A DNA stretch of 64,000 nucleotides from Octopus sinensis (Eukaryota). The number at the start of each line of letters is the position of its first letter. Position 1 is the first letter of the stretch. A program made the position numbers and the translations under genes. The stretch lies in contig NC_043007.1 in the NCBI RefSeq assembly GCF_006345805.1, positions 24,304,001 to 24,368,000 on the forward strand, in the 5' to 3' direction. Positions 46,905-59,545 of the stretch are shown here, piece after piece. The notes under the pieces were generated by a model. The model was not told the DNA's origin. It ran no database searches and saw only the letters and a list, made by a program, of their open reading frames with translations.

Positions 46905-49163
46905 CTGCCACTATCAGGGCTCATCCCTCTGCTACTGTAAAAGCTTGTCTCTTGTCAATCCAGTTGGTCTCTGCAGCTATCAGAAACTGTTCTCTGCTAG
47001 CATCAGATCTGGTCTCTTCTATTACCAGGGTTTGTTTCTGCCACTATCAGGGATCATCCCTCTGCTACTGTAAAGCTTGTCTCTTGTCAATCCAGTTGGT
47101 CTCTGCAGCTATCAGAAACTGTTCTCTGCTAGCATCAGATCTGGTCTCTTCTATTACCAGGGTTTGTTTCTGCCACTATCAGGGCTCATCCCTCTGCTAC
47201 TGTAAAAGCTGTCTCTTGTCAATCCAGTTGGTCTCTGCAGCTATCAGAAACTGTCTCTTGCTAGCATCAGATCTGGTCTCTTCTATTACCAGGGTTTGTT
47301 TCTGACACTATCAGGGCTCATCCCTCTGCTACTGTAAAAGCTTGTCTCTTGTCAATCCAGTTGGTCTTGCAGCTATCAGAAACTGTTCTCTGCTAGCATC
47401 AGATCTGGTCTCTTCTATTACCAGGGTTTGTTTCTGCCACTATCAGGGCTCATCCCTCTGCTACTGTAAAGCTTGTCTCTTGTCAATCCAGTTGGTCTCT
47501 GCAGCTATCAGAAACTGTTCTCTGCTAGCATCAGATCTGGTCTCTTCTATTACCAGGTTTGTTTCTGCCACTATCAGGGCTCATCCCTCTGCTACTGTAA
47601 AAGCTTGTCTCTTGTCATCCCAGTGGGTCTCTGCAGCTATCAGAAACTGTTCTCTGCTAGCATCAGATCTGGTCTCTTCTATTACAGGGGTTTGTTTCTG
47701 CCACTATCAGGGCTCATCCCTCTGCTACTGTAAAGCTTGTCTCTTGTCAATCCAGTTGGTCTCTGCAGCTATCAGAAACTGTTCTCTGCTAGCATCAGTC
47801 TGGTCTCTTCTATTACCAGGGTTTGTTTCTGCCACTATCAGGGCTCATCCCTTTGCTACTGTAAAGCTTGTCTCTTGTCAATCCAGTTGGTCTCTGCAGC
47901 TATCAGAAACTGTTCTCTGCTAGCATAAGATCTGGTCTCTTCTATTACCAGGTTTGTTTCTGCCACTATCAGGGCTCATCCCTCTGCTACTGTAAAAGCT
48001 TGGCTCTTGTCAATCCAGTTGGTCTCTGCAGCTATCAGAAACTGTTCTCTGCTAGCATCAGATCTGGTCTATTCTATTACCAGGGTTTGTTTCTGCCTAT
48101 CAGGCTCATCCCTCTGCTACTGTAAAAGCTTGTCTCTTGTCAATCCAGTTGGTCTCTGCAGCTATCAGAAACTGTTCTCTGCTAGCATCAGATCTGGTCT
48201 CTTCTATTACCAGGGTTTGTTTCTGCCACTATCAGGGCTCATCCCTTGAGCTACTGTAAAAGCTTGTCTCTTGTCAATCCAGTTGGTCTCTGCAGCTATC
48301 AGAAACTGTTCTCTGCTAGCATCAGATCTGGTCTCTTCTATTACCAGGGTTTGTTTCTGCCACTATCAGGGCTCATCCCTCTGCTACTGTAAAAGCTTGT
48401 CTCTTGTCAATCCAGTTGGTCTCTGCAGCTATCAGAAACTGTTCTCTGCTAGCATCAGATCTGGTCTCTTCTATTACCAGGGTTTGTTTCTGCCACTATC
48501 AGGGCTCATCCCTCTGCTACTGTAAAAGCTTGTCTCTTGTCAATCCAGTTGGTCTCTGCAGCTATCAGAAACTGTTCTCTGCTAGCATCAGATCTGGTCT
48601 CTTCTATTACCAGGGTTTGTTTCTGCCACTATCAGGGCTCATCCCTCTGCTACTGTAAAAGCTTGTCTCTTGTCAATCCAGTTGGTCTCTGCAGCTATCA
48701 GAAACTGTTCTCTGCTAGCATCAGATCTGGTCTCTTCTATTACCAGGGTTTGTTTCTGCCACTATCAGGGCTCATCCCTCTGCTACTGTAAAAGCTTGTC
48801 TCTTGTCAATCCAGTTGGTCTCTGCAGCTATCAGAAACTGTTCTCTGCTAGCATCAGATCTGGTCTCTTCTATTACCAGGGTTTGTTTCTGCCACTATCA
48901 GGGCTCATCCCTCTGCTACTGTAAAAGCTTGTCTCTTGTCAATCCAGTTGGTCTCTGCAGCTATCAGAAACTGTTCTCTGCTAGCATCAGATCTGGTCTC
49001 TTCTATTACCAGGGTTTGTTTCTGCCACTATCAGGGCTCATCCCTCTGCTACTGTAAAAGCTTGTCTCTTGTCAATCCAGTTGGTCTCTGCAGCTATCAG
49101 AAACTGTTCTCTGCTAGCATCAGATCTGGTCTCTTCTATTACCAGGGTTTGTTTCTGCCACTG
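46905..49163 (+). repeat. Tandem array, 17 copies of a 133-bp monomer
   Basis: ctgccact at 46905, 47038 ... 49155; identical 84-aa ORFs at 133-nt spacing (48271-48803) show the distal copies are identical. Confidence 0.95.
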
Positions 49164-49254
49164 TTGGAGCAGGTCTCAGATCTTTGTGGTTTTTGTCACT
49201 GTTTACAATTATCTTTAAAAAAAAAATTCTTTTTAACATATCAAGTACATCAAC

Positions 49255-49620
49255 ATCAAAACATCAAATGGAAATTGTAGTTGTGATACCTGTGCTGGTG
49301 GCACGTAAAATGCACCATCCGAACGTGGCCGACGCCAGCGCCGCCTTGACTGGCTTCCATGCTGGTGGCACGAAAAAAGCACCAACCAATTGTGGCCGTT
49401 GCCAGCCTCGCCTGGCACCTGTGCCAGTGGAACGTAAAAAGCACCCACTACACTCAAGGAGTGGTTGGCGTTAGGAAGGGCATCCAGCTGTAGAAACACT
49501 GCCAGATCAGACTGGGGCCTGGTGCAGCCTCCTGGCTTCTCAGACCCTGGTCAAACCGTCCAACCCATGCTATCATGGAAAACGGACGTTAAACGATGAT
49601 GATGATGATGATGATGATGT
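49255..49620 (+). mobile_element. Family C retroposon with 5' leader
   Basis: aaatggaaattgtagttgtgatacc leader, VNTR units, core, (GAT)n. Confidence 0.88.
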
Positions 49621-50079
49621 CATATAGATGTAATTTTGACACTGAATCTGCATTTGCTATTCATTTATTCCAGAAAAATTTTTGCAGAAATGTTACAGGT
49701 TTTCAAAGTTTTGATAATTTTCAGAATTTTCAGCCAATCAGAAAACAGCACATTTGCTGCCACTATTAGAGCACTATCAGAGTCTGTCTTTCTGCAACAG
49801 TAAAAATTTGTCTCTTGTCTCTCCTGTTATAAGAGCTGGTCTTGCCAGCTGATTTCCTGGAGCTAATCTTTCTCTATTATTTTTCTTCATCCTTCTGTTT
49901 CAGTGTTTGTTTTATATCTTTTTCCTTCTTTTATCTCTGACAGCAAGTTTTTCCACTCCTTCATCTCTTTCCATCTCTTCATATGAAAGATTTATCTTAA
50001 GTATGATGGATCTCTAACTTTCAGGCTGGAGAAGTGGTTCCACAAGAAAGACATGAATGACAATTACACACACACTCAC

Positions 50080-50115
<36 letters not shown>

Positions 50116-50640
50116 ACACGCATGTATATATGTATACACACACACACACGTGTATATATGTATACAAACACACATACAAATGCATGTATACACACACACA
50201 CACACACGTGTATATATGTATAGTCATACATACAAATGCATGTATATATGTATACACACACACACACACACACGTGTATATATGTATACAAACATATATA
50301 TGCATGCATGTATATATGTATATATACACACACACATGAATATATGTATACAAACACACATACGCATGCATGTATATATGTATACAAACATACACGTGTA
50401 TACATGTATACAAACACACATATGCATGCATGTATATATGTATATACACACACACACACGTGTATATATATATGTATACAAACACACATACACATACATG
50501 TATATATGTATACACACACACACGTGTATATATGTATACAAACACACATGCACATGCATGTATATATGTATACACACACACATACAAACAAATACACATG
50601 TATATATACAAACATATATATATATATATATATATTGATG
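50080..50640. repeat. Complex (TA)/(CA)/(TG) minisatellite-like field
   Basis: Recurring cacacgtgtatatatgtatacaaac and gcatgtatatatgtata blocks. Confidence 0.9.
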
Positions 50641-51169
50641 ATGATGATGATGATGATGAAGAAGAAGAAACAATCAAAGAAATTCAAAGAAATAACCCCC
50701 CCCTCCTTTCCCCATTCCCTGATATATAATAGTTTATAAACAGCAAAGGTTGTAATTTGCTGCGAGCTAATGATTGTCTGCAGCGGTGACTGTTATGTAT
50801 TTTCTCATCCTTCAACAACAAAGTAAATCTTTAGCTTCCTACCAGGGAAGATACTTGAGGTTTCAGTTTAAAAATTACATCAAGGACAAAAGAAGAATCT
50901 TGACCGCAGGTGTTAGACCTTCATCTGTTACCTAGACGATGTTGTCGTTTTAATTTAGCCCAAGAGCTATGCAGAGCCATCTTAGCAGCATTATAGGCCC
51001 CAGTGCAAACCAATACATTGGGCCCTATTGTATTTACTTATTAGACTGCAAGCCACAACATATATAAATTATAATAGGGTCCCTCGATCCATGGGACCCC
51101 TGGGCATTTTCCTAGTAAGCCCATGTCGTAAGACAGCAACTGGACTAAAACATTATCCATTGTAGTGGA

Positions 51170-51390
51170 GGTGCATGGCTTAGTGGTTAGGGTGTTGGAC
51201 TCATGATTGCAAGATTGTGGTTTCAATTCCTGGATAGGGTAATGTGTTGTGTTGCTGAGTAAAACACTTCATTTCATGTTGCTCCAGTCCACTCGGCTGG
51301 CAAAAATGAGTAATCCTGTGACAAACTGGCGTCACATCCAGCTGGGGGATTTATATGGGATGAAACTCGGAAACCAGCTCGTATGTGTCG
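51170..51390 (+). mobile_element. SINE family G
   Basis: tggcttagtggttagggtgttgg..ggtttcaattcc..aaaacacttcatttc..gctccagtccactcggctgg. Confidence 0.75.
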
Positions 51391-51459
51391 GTATGATTCA
51401 AGAAGGTAACTTTACTTTAATTATTATCCAATGTGTCATATACATATACATTATCCAAT

Positions 51460-51674
51460 AAGGCGGCGAACTGGCAGAAACGTTAGCACGCCGGGCGAAA
51501 TGCTTAGCAGTATTTCATCTGTCACTGCGTTCTGAGTTCAAATTCCGCCGAGGTCGACTTTGCCTTTCATCCTTTCGGGGTCGATAAATTAAGTACCAGT
51601 TGCGTACTGGGGTCGATCTAATCGACTGGCCCCCACCCCCAAATTTTCGGGCCTTGTGCCTAGAGTAGAAAAAT
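51460..51674 (+). mobile_element. Full-length SINE A (tail variant 2) with 9-bp TSD
   Basis: attatccaa at 51450-51458 and 51675-51683. Confidence 0.9.
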
Positions 51675-51736
51675 ATTATCCAAAGTGTCCTGCCTTTAAA
51701 AAAAATTTTTTTAGATAGGTAGGGTGTGATTTGAAA

Positions 51737-51899
51737 CAGTAGTTTTGTTGAGGGAGCAGTCTACCCTGGGTGATGTTTTTATGGGAGCAGCACTTTTGGA
51801 CCTGCTGCAAAAAGCCTGTACAGACATGGGAACCCAGAAGGTAAGGAATGGAAAACTCAAGGGCTGCTCCAGATGGCACACACTCTAGTTAAATCACTG
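51737..51899. mobile_element. Degenerate hAT-like MITE, 163 bp
   Basis: Ends cagtagttt / aaatcactg; flanks atttgaaa / atttgagg (6/8); interrupts a gtgtgatttgagggagatttggctgc repeat. Confidence 0.5.
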
Positions 51900-52692
51900 A
51901 TTTGAGGGAGATTTGGCTGCTATTTCCAGGAGGTTGACTGACCACATAGAAGCTCCCTCTTTGGCTTACATAAGCCATAACTGTTGTTGTTCAGACCTAT
52001 CTTAGTCCTTGTAAAATAGACCCAAGTTCAAAGACATCATTCCATTTATAACTGATTTATCAGAAAGGCAATCCAATGTATCATTTTCTAAAAAAAAAGC
52101 TTGTGTGTGACTTGAGGGAGATTTAGCTGCTATTTTTACAAGGTCAAGCAATTACACAGAGGCTTCCACATAAGGCTGTAGATGTTATAGTATTAGATAT
52201 TCACTTATGGCAAGTTTTCAAGATAAGGCAAAAAAGAACTTCATATGTGACAAAATACTGTCAAAGCTAGTTTGTGTAGCAGTGGTCCATGATGTCCGAC
52301 ATTATAATCAGAACCACTATACATACAAATGCTGAAAACTACTTGGTTTAGTAACACTTTTGAGCTGTCACTGCTGTTGTTGCTTAGTCCTTGATGGCAA
52401 AACAGATCTCAAATGGAAGTCCCACCGCAAGGTACTTTGGGCAAGTGTCTTCTAATTTAGCCCTATACAGACGGATACCTTGTGAGTGAATGAATGAATT
52501 TGGTAGATGGAAACTGCCTAGTAAGTGGGGCCTTATCTCAGTGAGGAGGTGGGGGCTGGTGTGCAATAATGTCATCAAGAGAAGGCCCCGAAATGGCACA
52601 CATTCTCTCATGATGATCCCATAAGCTTGCTAGTGTTTGGTATGAAGAGCTTGCAACTGGTAACATTTGTATCCACAACTTGTTCACAAATA

Positions 52693-52763
<71 letters not shown>

Positions 52764-52785
52764 CATACATATACATATATGTGTG

Positions 52786-53183
52786 TAGGAGTGGCTGTGT
52801 GGTAAGTAGCTTGCTTACCAACACATGGTTCCAGGTTCAGTCCCACTGCGTGGCACCATGGGCAAGTGTCTTCTACTATAGCCTTGGGCCAATCAAAGCC
52901 TTGTGATTGGATTTGGTAGACGGAAACTGAAAGAAGCCCGTCGTATATATGTATATATACATGTGTGTGTGCATGTTTGTGTGTCTGTGTTTGTTCTCCT
53001 AGCATTGCTTGACAATCGATGCTGGTGTGTTTATGTCTCTGTCACTTAACAGTTCGGCAAAAGAGAGCAATAGAACAAATACTAGGCTTACAAAGAATAA
53101 GTCCTGGGGTTGATTTGCTTGACTAAAGGCAGTGCTACAGCATGGCCACAGTCAAATGACTGAAACAAGTAAAAGAATAAAAG
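52786..53183 (+). mobile_element. SINE B, full length
   Basis: All modules; preceded by long (TA)n. Confidence 0.88.
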
Positions 53184-53473
53184 ATATATATATATATATG
53201 CTCTCTCCTCTCTCTCTCTCTCTATATATATATATATTATATATATATATATATATACACACACACATTTGACTTCAACTGTCTCTCTGTGATATACTGG
53301 TTTTGCTTTTAATCTGAGAGAGATCCAGACAGGAGAAGCTCCTTTGATCAACCCAAGGCCACTTAAATCAGTCGTGGTGAGTCAGAAAAGACAGAAACAT
53401 GCTTATTCCATTGTTTAGGTTCAAATCAGTTCTGAGTCTAAACAGAATAAGCATGAGTCTTACTTTGTTCTTC

Positions 53474-53680
53474 AGGCCCAGGTCTGATTGACCAGATCTA
53501 TGATCAAAAAGTTTCCAGCTGTGATCATCCAGTCTTTTTTCTAGGCCCAGGTCTGATTGACCAGATCTATGATCAAAAAGTTTCCAGCTGTGATCATCCA
53601 GTCTTTTTTCTAGGCCCAGGTCTGATTGACCAGATCTATGATCAAAAAGTTTCCAGCTGTGATCATCCAGTCTTTTTTCT
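53474..53680 (+). repeat. Three perfect tandem copies of a 69-bp unit
   Basis: aggcccaggtctg at 53474, 53543, 53612. Confidence 0.95.
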
Positions 53681-54074
53681 ATGTATTGTTGCGTAATGAC
53701 CCCAAAACCATATTATTCGATATGTCCCTTTTCTGAATATGGCAGGATGTGACTTAGAAGAAAATTTAGTAAATACTTCTAGCAAGTTAAGTAATCATAT
53801 AAAAACCCTAGCACTGGATTAACCATTTAGCAGAATGAGAATATGCTTAGGGGATCAAGGGAATGGGTGGAGGAAGTACCAAAGAAATGGAGCAAAAGAA
53901 AAATTACTTTAAACTTGCTAAAATAATATTTGGAATGCCTAATCTCTGCTAAGTGCAGAAACAGATGTGTTATGTAAGAGTAATTTTAAGGAATTCATCA
54001 AAGACTTTATAATTAAAACAAGTAGGAGAAAAGTTTCCAAATATAATTCATCAGGAGTGTCTGTGTGGTAAGTA

Positions 54075-54490
54075 TAGGTGCAGGAGTGGCTGTGTGGTAA
54101 GTAGGTTGCTTACCAACCACATGGTTCTGGGTTCAATCCCACCGCGTGGCACCTTGGGCAAGTGTCTTCTACTATAGCCTTGGGCCGACCAAAGCCTTGT
54201 GAGTGGATTTGGTAGACAGAAACTGAAAGAAGCCCATCGTATATATGTATATATATATATATGTGTGTGTGTGTGTTTGTATGTCTGTGTTTGTCAATCC
54301 AACATCGCTCGACAACTGATGCTGGTGTGTTTACGTCCCCGTAACTTAGCTGTTCAGCAAAAGAGACTGATAGAATAAGTACTGGGCTTACAAAGAATAA
54401 GTCCTGGGGTCGATTTGCTCGATTAAAGGCGGTACTCCAGCATGGTCACAGTCACATGACTGAAACAAGTAGAAGAGTAAAAGAGTAGAA
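54075..54490 (+). mobile_element. SINE B, full length, preceded by a 23-nt copy of its own head
   Basis: caggagtg(t/g)ctgtgtggtaagta at 54052-54074 and 54081-54103. Confidence 0.88.
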
Positions 54491-55084
54491 AAATATAAAA
54501 ATAAACATTATTTTCCATCTTACTTTCATGGTTTATTATTGTTTATATTTTGAATTACATTTATATGGGAGGGGGGGGGCACCAAAATTAAAAAAAAGTT
54601 TTTAGGGCCTCTATGGGTCTTACTTACTCTGGCCCTAAGGCACTCCCTCATTTGCTTGAACGTTCCAGGCTTTTAGTTTAATCACGAGGCCTGATGTGTA
54701 ACCCGGTTTCCACCTACCAAATTCACAGACAAGGAATTGGTTGGTGTACGGTTATAGAGATTGAACCTAAAACCACATGATTGCTGAGTGAGCTTCTTAA
54801 CCACATATCCGTGCCTGCACTGATTGCAATTACTTCATATTTATGAAAACACATGTAGTGTTTATCTCCACCACCATTCTTATAAACAAGGATGGCATTC
54901 ATTATGAGTACCACAGGGATTAGGAAGCAATCAATTACTATGAAGTAATGTTAAACCAAGGAAGATTCTGTTTCAGAAGAGTTGAATAATATTTGGATTG
55001 TTAATGAAAAGAATTAATGACTCAATTAAATGTGATAAATATAAAAAAAAGGAGAAAAAAGAAAGAAAAAGAGAAATCACATAG

Positions 55085-55154
55085 GCTAATAATAATAATA
55101 GTAATAATAATAATAATAATAACAATAATAATGATATTCTCTAGAATAATAATA

Positions 55155-55228
<74 letters not shown>

Positions 55229-55245
55229 AATAATAATAATACTCT
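55085..55245. repeat. (AAT)n-(GAT)n-(AAT)n compound microsatellite
   Basis: Direct reading. Confidence 0.95.
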
Positions 55246-55383
55246 CTAGAACAATACTATGTACAAAACCAAATATATGACATCCTAGGCATAACACCAA
55301 CATGAAGTTCTAACTTGTTGTCTCTTGAGGTCTCTGGATGAGACTTGGAGTCAACTTGTACAAATACAAAGCAAAAGTCAAAC

Positions 55384-55388
<5 letters not shown>

Positions 55389-55422
<34 letters not shown>

Positions 55423-55928
55423 GTGGCTCTCATGGCTTCTGATCTTAACTGATTGGAAGTGTTATCATGTACATTGTTTTGTCTTGGTATAAAAGATGGG
55501 CTACAGCAAATATTCTGCTCAATACCACAGATTTGCTTGTCAGTTGTTTGACCTTAACCAGTTGAGCATGTCCCTTAGTGGTTGACAATATGTGCATTTC
55601 TGATCACGAGCAGAAGTAGTGGGGGAGCATCATAGCCATGTGTTGAGAGGGATTCTTTAGGGTTTGAATAATTCACCTCTGGAAACATGGGTGGTTCTTT
55701 CAACATCCTTAAACAACCCTTATTCAGGGACCTTTTGAGCGGGATGGGCTACTCAACCCGAAGAAAATTCTAACTGGGCCCCACCTGCAAGGTCATGTGC
55801 TGTTTATCTTGATATGAGATCACCATGTCGCGCACACATGGTTGTGATGCATGTGCCTGGTGTACCCTTATCAGACGAGAAGTCATGATGGGTATACTGG
55901 GCTTCGTATATTTTATCCCAGTGTTACT
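55389..55928 (-). mobile_element. Family E retroposon (about 510 bp plus (ATT)n tail), copy 1
   Basis: Colinear with 56460-57094 over about 500 bp; simple-repeat tail implies retroposition; no coding capacity seen. Confidence 0.75.
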
Positions 55929-56459
55929 ATCGTCCGACCCATGCTAGCATGGAAAGCGGACGTTAAACGATGATGATGATGAACTACATCACAGCACCAC
56001 CCACCTAATATAAACAATCTTACATACATCATATATAAAGTAGTTTATATTAGGTAGGTTGTTGTATGATATAGTTTTAAAAGTGAAAATACATTGTGTG
56101 AAATCACAGTGTATGTTACAAGAAGACTTACGTTATTATATATGTTAATTTACACCTTACTCTACTGTAATTAGCTAATGGATCAGAGCAATGACCTTAC
56201 AATAGCTGTGTTTATTATAGTCTTGACAGGTCTTGATTTCAATCTGCTAGCCATAAAACTAATAAAAAAAACTCTAGGTATTGCAGGTAAATGACAAACA
56301 ACGGCAGCTATTCAATGATTTACAATAGTTAAGTGATTCCTGAAGCAACTTACTATATTTCATGGCATATAACACACACTTTTCTTCTCAAAACACTATC
56401 TCAAAGAATCAGGGTCTTAAATGTAAAGTTGGGGCTTATATTGGTTTCAAATTTTGGCA

Positions 56460-56468
56460 CAATAATAA

Positions 56469-56499
<31 letters not shown>

Positions 56500-56503
56500 A
56501 ATG

Positions 56504-56555
<52 letters not shown>

Positions 56556-57094
56556 CAATAATAATAATAATAAATGCTCTGATGCAGTACCAGGCAGTGG
56601 TTCTCATGGCTTCTGATCTTAACTGATTGGAAGTGTTATCATGTACATTGTTTTGTCTTGGTATAAAAGATGGGCTACAGCAAATATTTTGCTCAATACC
56701 GCAGATTTGCTAGTCAATTGTTTGACCGTAACCAGTTGAGTGTGTCCCTTAGTGGCTGACGATATGTGCATCTCTGATCACAAGTAGAAGTAGTGGGGGA
56801 ACATAATAGCCATCTGTTGAGAGGGATTATCTGGGGTTCGAATAAGTCACCTCTGGAAACATGGGTGTTTTGTTCAATATCCTTAAACAAACCTTATTCA
56901 GGGACCTTTTGAACGGGATGGGCTACTCGACCAGAAGAAAATTCTAACTGGGCCTCACCTGCAAGGTCATGCACTGTTTATCTTGTCGTGCACACATGGT
57001 TGTGATGCATGTGCCTAGTGTACTCTTATCAGACGAGTAGTCATGATGGGTATACTGGGCTTCGTATATTTTACTCCAGTGTCACTTTGATGAC
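56460..57094 (-). mobile_element. Family E retroposon, copy 2
   Basis: As above; long (AAT)n at 56460-56573. Confidence 0.75.
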
Positions 57095-57853
57095 AGTGCA
57101 TGTCATCAAAGATGCACATATCGTCAGCCACTAAGGGACATGCTCATCATCATCATCATCATCATTATTGAGTGCCTTGATAATATATTCATCTAACTCA
57201 GGTTAGCATATATATACATGTATGTATATATAAACTCAGTCATGGCCATGTGCAATTAAGAAGTTTGCTTTTCAACCACATGGGTTCATCCTCTATGGAC
57301 TGGTAGATGCAATTCTAACTTCATAACTATCTTTGGTAACAGTTACCAAGAGAGATGACTCTGCATTGACTGAAAAGCTAAGCTATATAAAAAGAAACTG
57401 GGAAATATTATTTACTAATTTGTGTGTGTAAGCTGCCAGGCTGGAAAAATATGTAAGTAGCTGCATAAAGCAGTGATGGAAATGATACAGTTTTAGGTCA
57501 AGCTTTTTATAATCCTGACTGAGTGGTCAAGTAACAAACAGCAAATAGAATAAATACAAAAAAAGAGGTTTAGTTGATTCTGAGGAATTTCAACCATGTT
57601 TCGTGGTCTGCTACCACAAAAGCTCCTTTATAGGATCCAGTTAGCTCAAGACATGATCAGGAGAAACCACGTCCGGTTTCAGCCCCTACTCCTCTACTGT
57701 TTTGACATGGTGCCCCCCACCCCTTTCGGATGTGTCTTCAGCTCTGGTATTGAGTGCATGTCTTCTTTCTTCTTCTTCCATCTGTTCCCTGGCCTCTTCA
57801 ATGTAGCATCGAGTGTCAGCGGGCGACTGACTGTCTTGTCAAATTTCCCTTTA

Positions 57854-58156
57854 AAGTGGTTCTTAACCAGGGTCCATATAAAATTTGGGGGGTCCACACA
57901 GTAAAATAGTAAATTGGGAGTCCACAATAGTATTCTAAGGGCATTGAAAAAATTTTGCTTTAGATGTATGTATCAATATGTATTGCAAGAAACATCTATA
58001 ACATTTTACATAGTTCAACCTACACAAATTAATGTATGAAAACAGTAATAAATAACACTATAAAATTAGTTTTGAAACATCGAATGGCTATTGAGGTACA
58101 CCAGAATAAAATAGTAATCAAAAGGGTCCAGGGATAAAAATGGTTGAGAACCCCTG
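57854..58156. mobile_element. hAT-like MITE, about 300 bp
   Basis: Ends aagtggttcttaacc / ggttgagaacccctg; clean TSD not recoverable. Confidence 0.6.
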
Positions 58157-58844
58157 ATTTAACAAATGAAATACACATCACTGAGTCAAATAGAGTAGCA
58201 ATTTTGAAACTGACAAATACCGCACCCCAACTCAAAAACAATTGTGAAATTTTTTAAACTCACTTCTTTAAAATTTGCATAGATATAATTCTCTTTTCTT
58301 TGGTATGGCTTTGGATAAATTTGAAAAGTTTAAAGCCATTTAAATTTTATTACATGTGGTAATTTGTTTGTACCCCTATTCAGTGTTCACAGATGTTCTT
58401 TCTCTACCACCAACCCATCATGTGAAACACTGAGACAGAGGACCCATTAGAATGATCGTTCTGAAAGATGACCGACCCAGACCTTTGACAAATTACTTTA
58501 TAGAGGTTGTAAAGGAAATGATCAACTTACAGCTCCATCACAAGGAAGACTCTCTGTTTGTCTTCGAACACATCCAAAAGTTGAACTATATTCGGATGTT
58601 TTAATCTGCAAAAGAAATGAACAATCATATATTGAAATGGTTATCAAACAGGGGGAGAAAATAAACAAAACAAAACTGGAAGGACTGCTAGAGCTTCAGA
58701 TTAAGCATTCATTTTTGCCCATTTGTATTTTGAGTTAAAATACTAACGATGTCAAATATTGTCTTTAAAAATTAAAACACAATTCGTTAGTGAAATTCAC
58801 GGTGATATTGCTTTTAGAATATCATTCGTTAGCGTGATCATTAC

Positions 58845-59190
58845 CAGCATTGCCTTACTGGCACTTGTGCCTGTGGTACGTGAAAAACAACATTCGAGTA
58901 AGGGTGTTGCCAGTGCCACTGGACTGGCTCCTGTGCAGGTGACATGTAAAAACATCATTTGTCCGTGGCCATTGCCAGTATCGCCTGACTGGCCCTTGTG
59001 CTGATGGCACGTAAAAGCACCCACTACATTCTCAGAGTTTTTGGCATTAGGAAGGGCATCCAGCTGTAGAACTCTGCCAGATCAGATTGGAGCTTGGTGC
59101 AGCCATCTGGCTAACCAGTCCCCAGTCAAGCAGATCAACCCATGCCAGCATGGAAAGCGAATGTTAAATGATGATGATGATGATGATGTT
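58845..59190 (+). mobile_element. Family C retroposon, diverged
   Basis: VNTR units, core, (GAT)n tail. Confidence 0.8.
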
Positions 59191-59293
59191 GTAATTAATT
59201 AATTAACTAATACATTACACACACTAGATACATACATACATATACATTCATGTGTGTGTGTGTGCATCTATATGTGGCTGTAGATATATGTGC

Positions 59294-59346
<53 letters not shown>

Positions 59347-59509
59347 TCTGTATGTGGCTGTAGATATATGTGTATGTGTACACACACACACACACACACA
59401 CACACAGAGGGAAAAGTAATGAACAAATGTAAAGCAAAAGGCAACACAGGAGAGACAAGTTTTAACAAATATTGTATTAGTTATAAACACTTGAAAATGA
59501 GGGAAAGAG

Positions 59510-59545
59510 TCTTAATGTTTTGGACACTAACCCTTCATCAGAAGA
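59510..59545 (-). ncRNA. Decayed minimal hammerhead-like motif, second family
   Basis: TCTT-CTGATGA-A-GGG(TTAGTG)TCC-AAAAC-ATT-AAGA; canonical CUGAUGA; two G>A changes at presumptive CpG sites separate it from CC-GAAAC-GTT. Confidence 0.4.

Noticed and set aside
51740-51846. Open frame LLREQSTLGDVFMGAALLDLLQKACTDMGTQK ending at a strong aag|gtaagg donor
   Set aside because: Entirely inside a MITE-like insertion with a weak acceptor; only RNA-seq could rescue it as an exonised repeat
58535-58585. aagga-agac...gtct-tcgaac as a degenerate hammerhead
   Set aside because: Too many core mismatches to distinguish from chance
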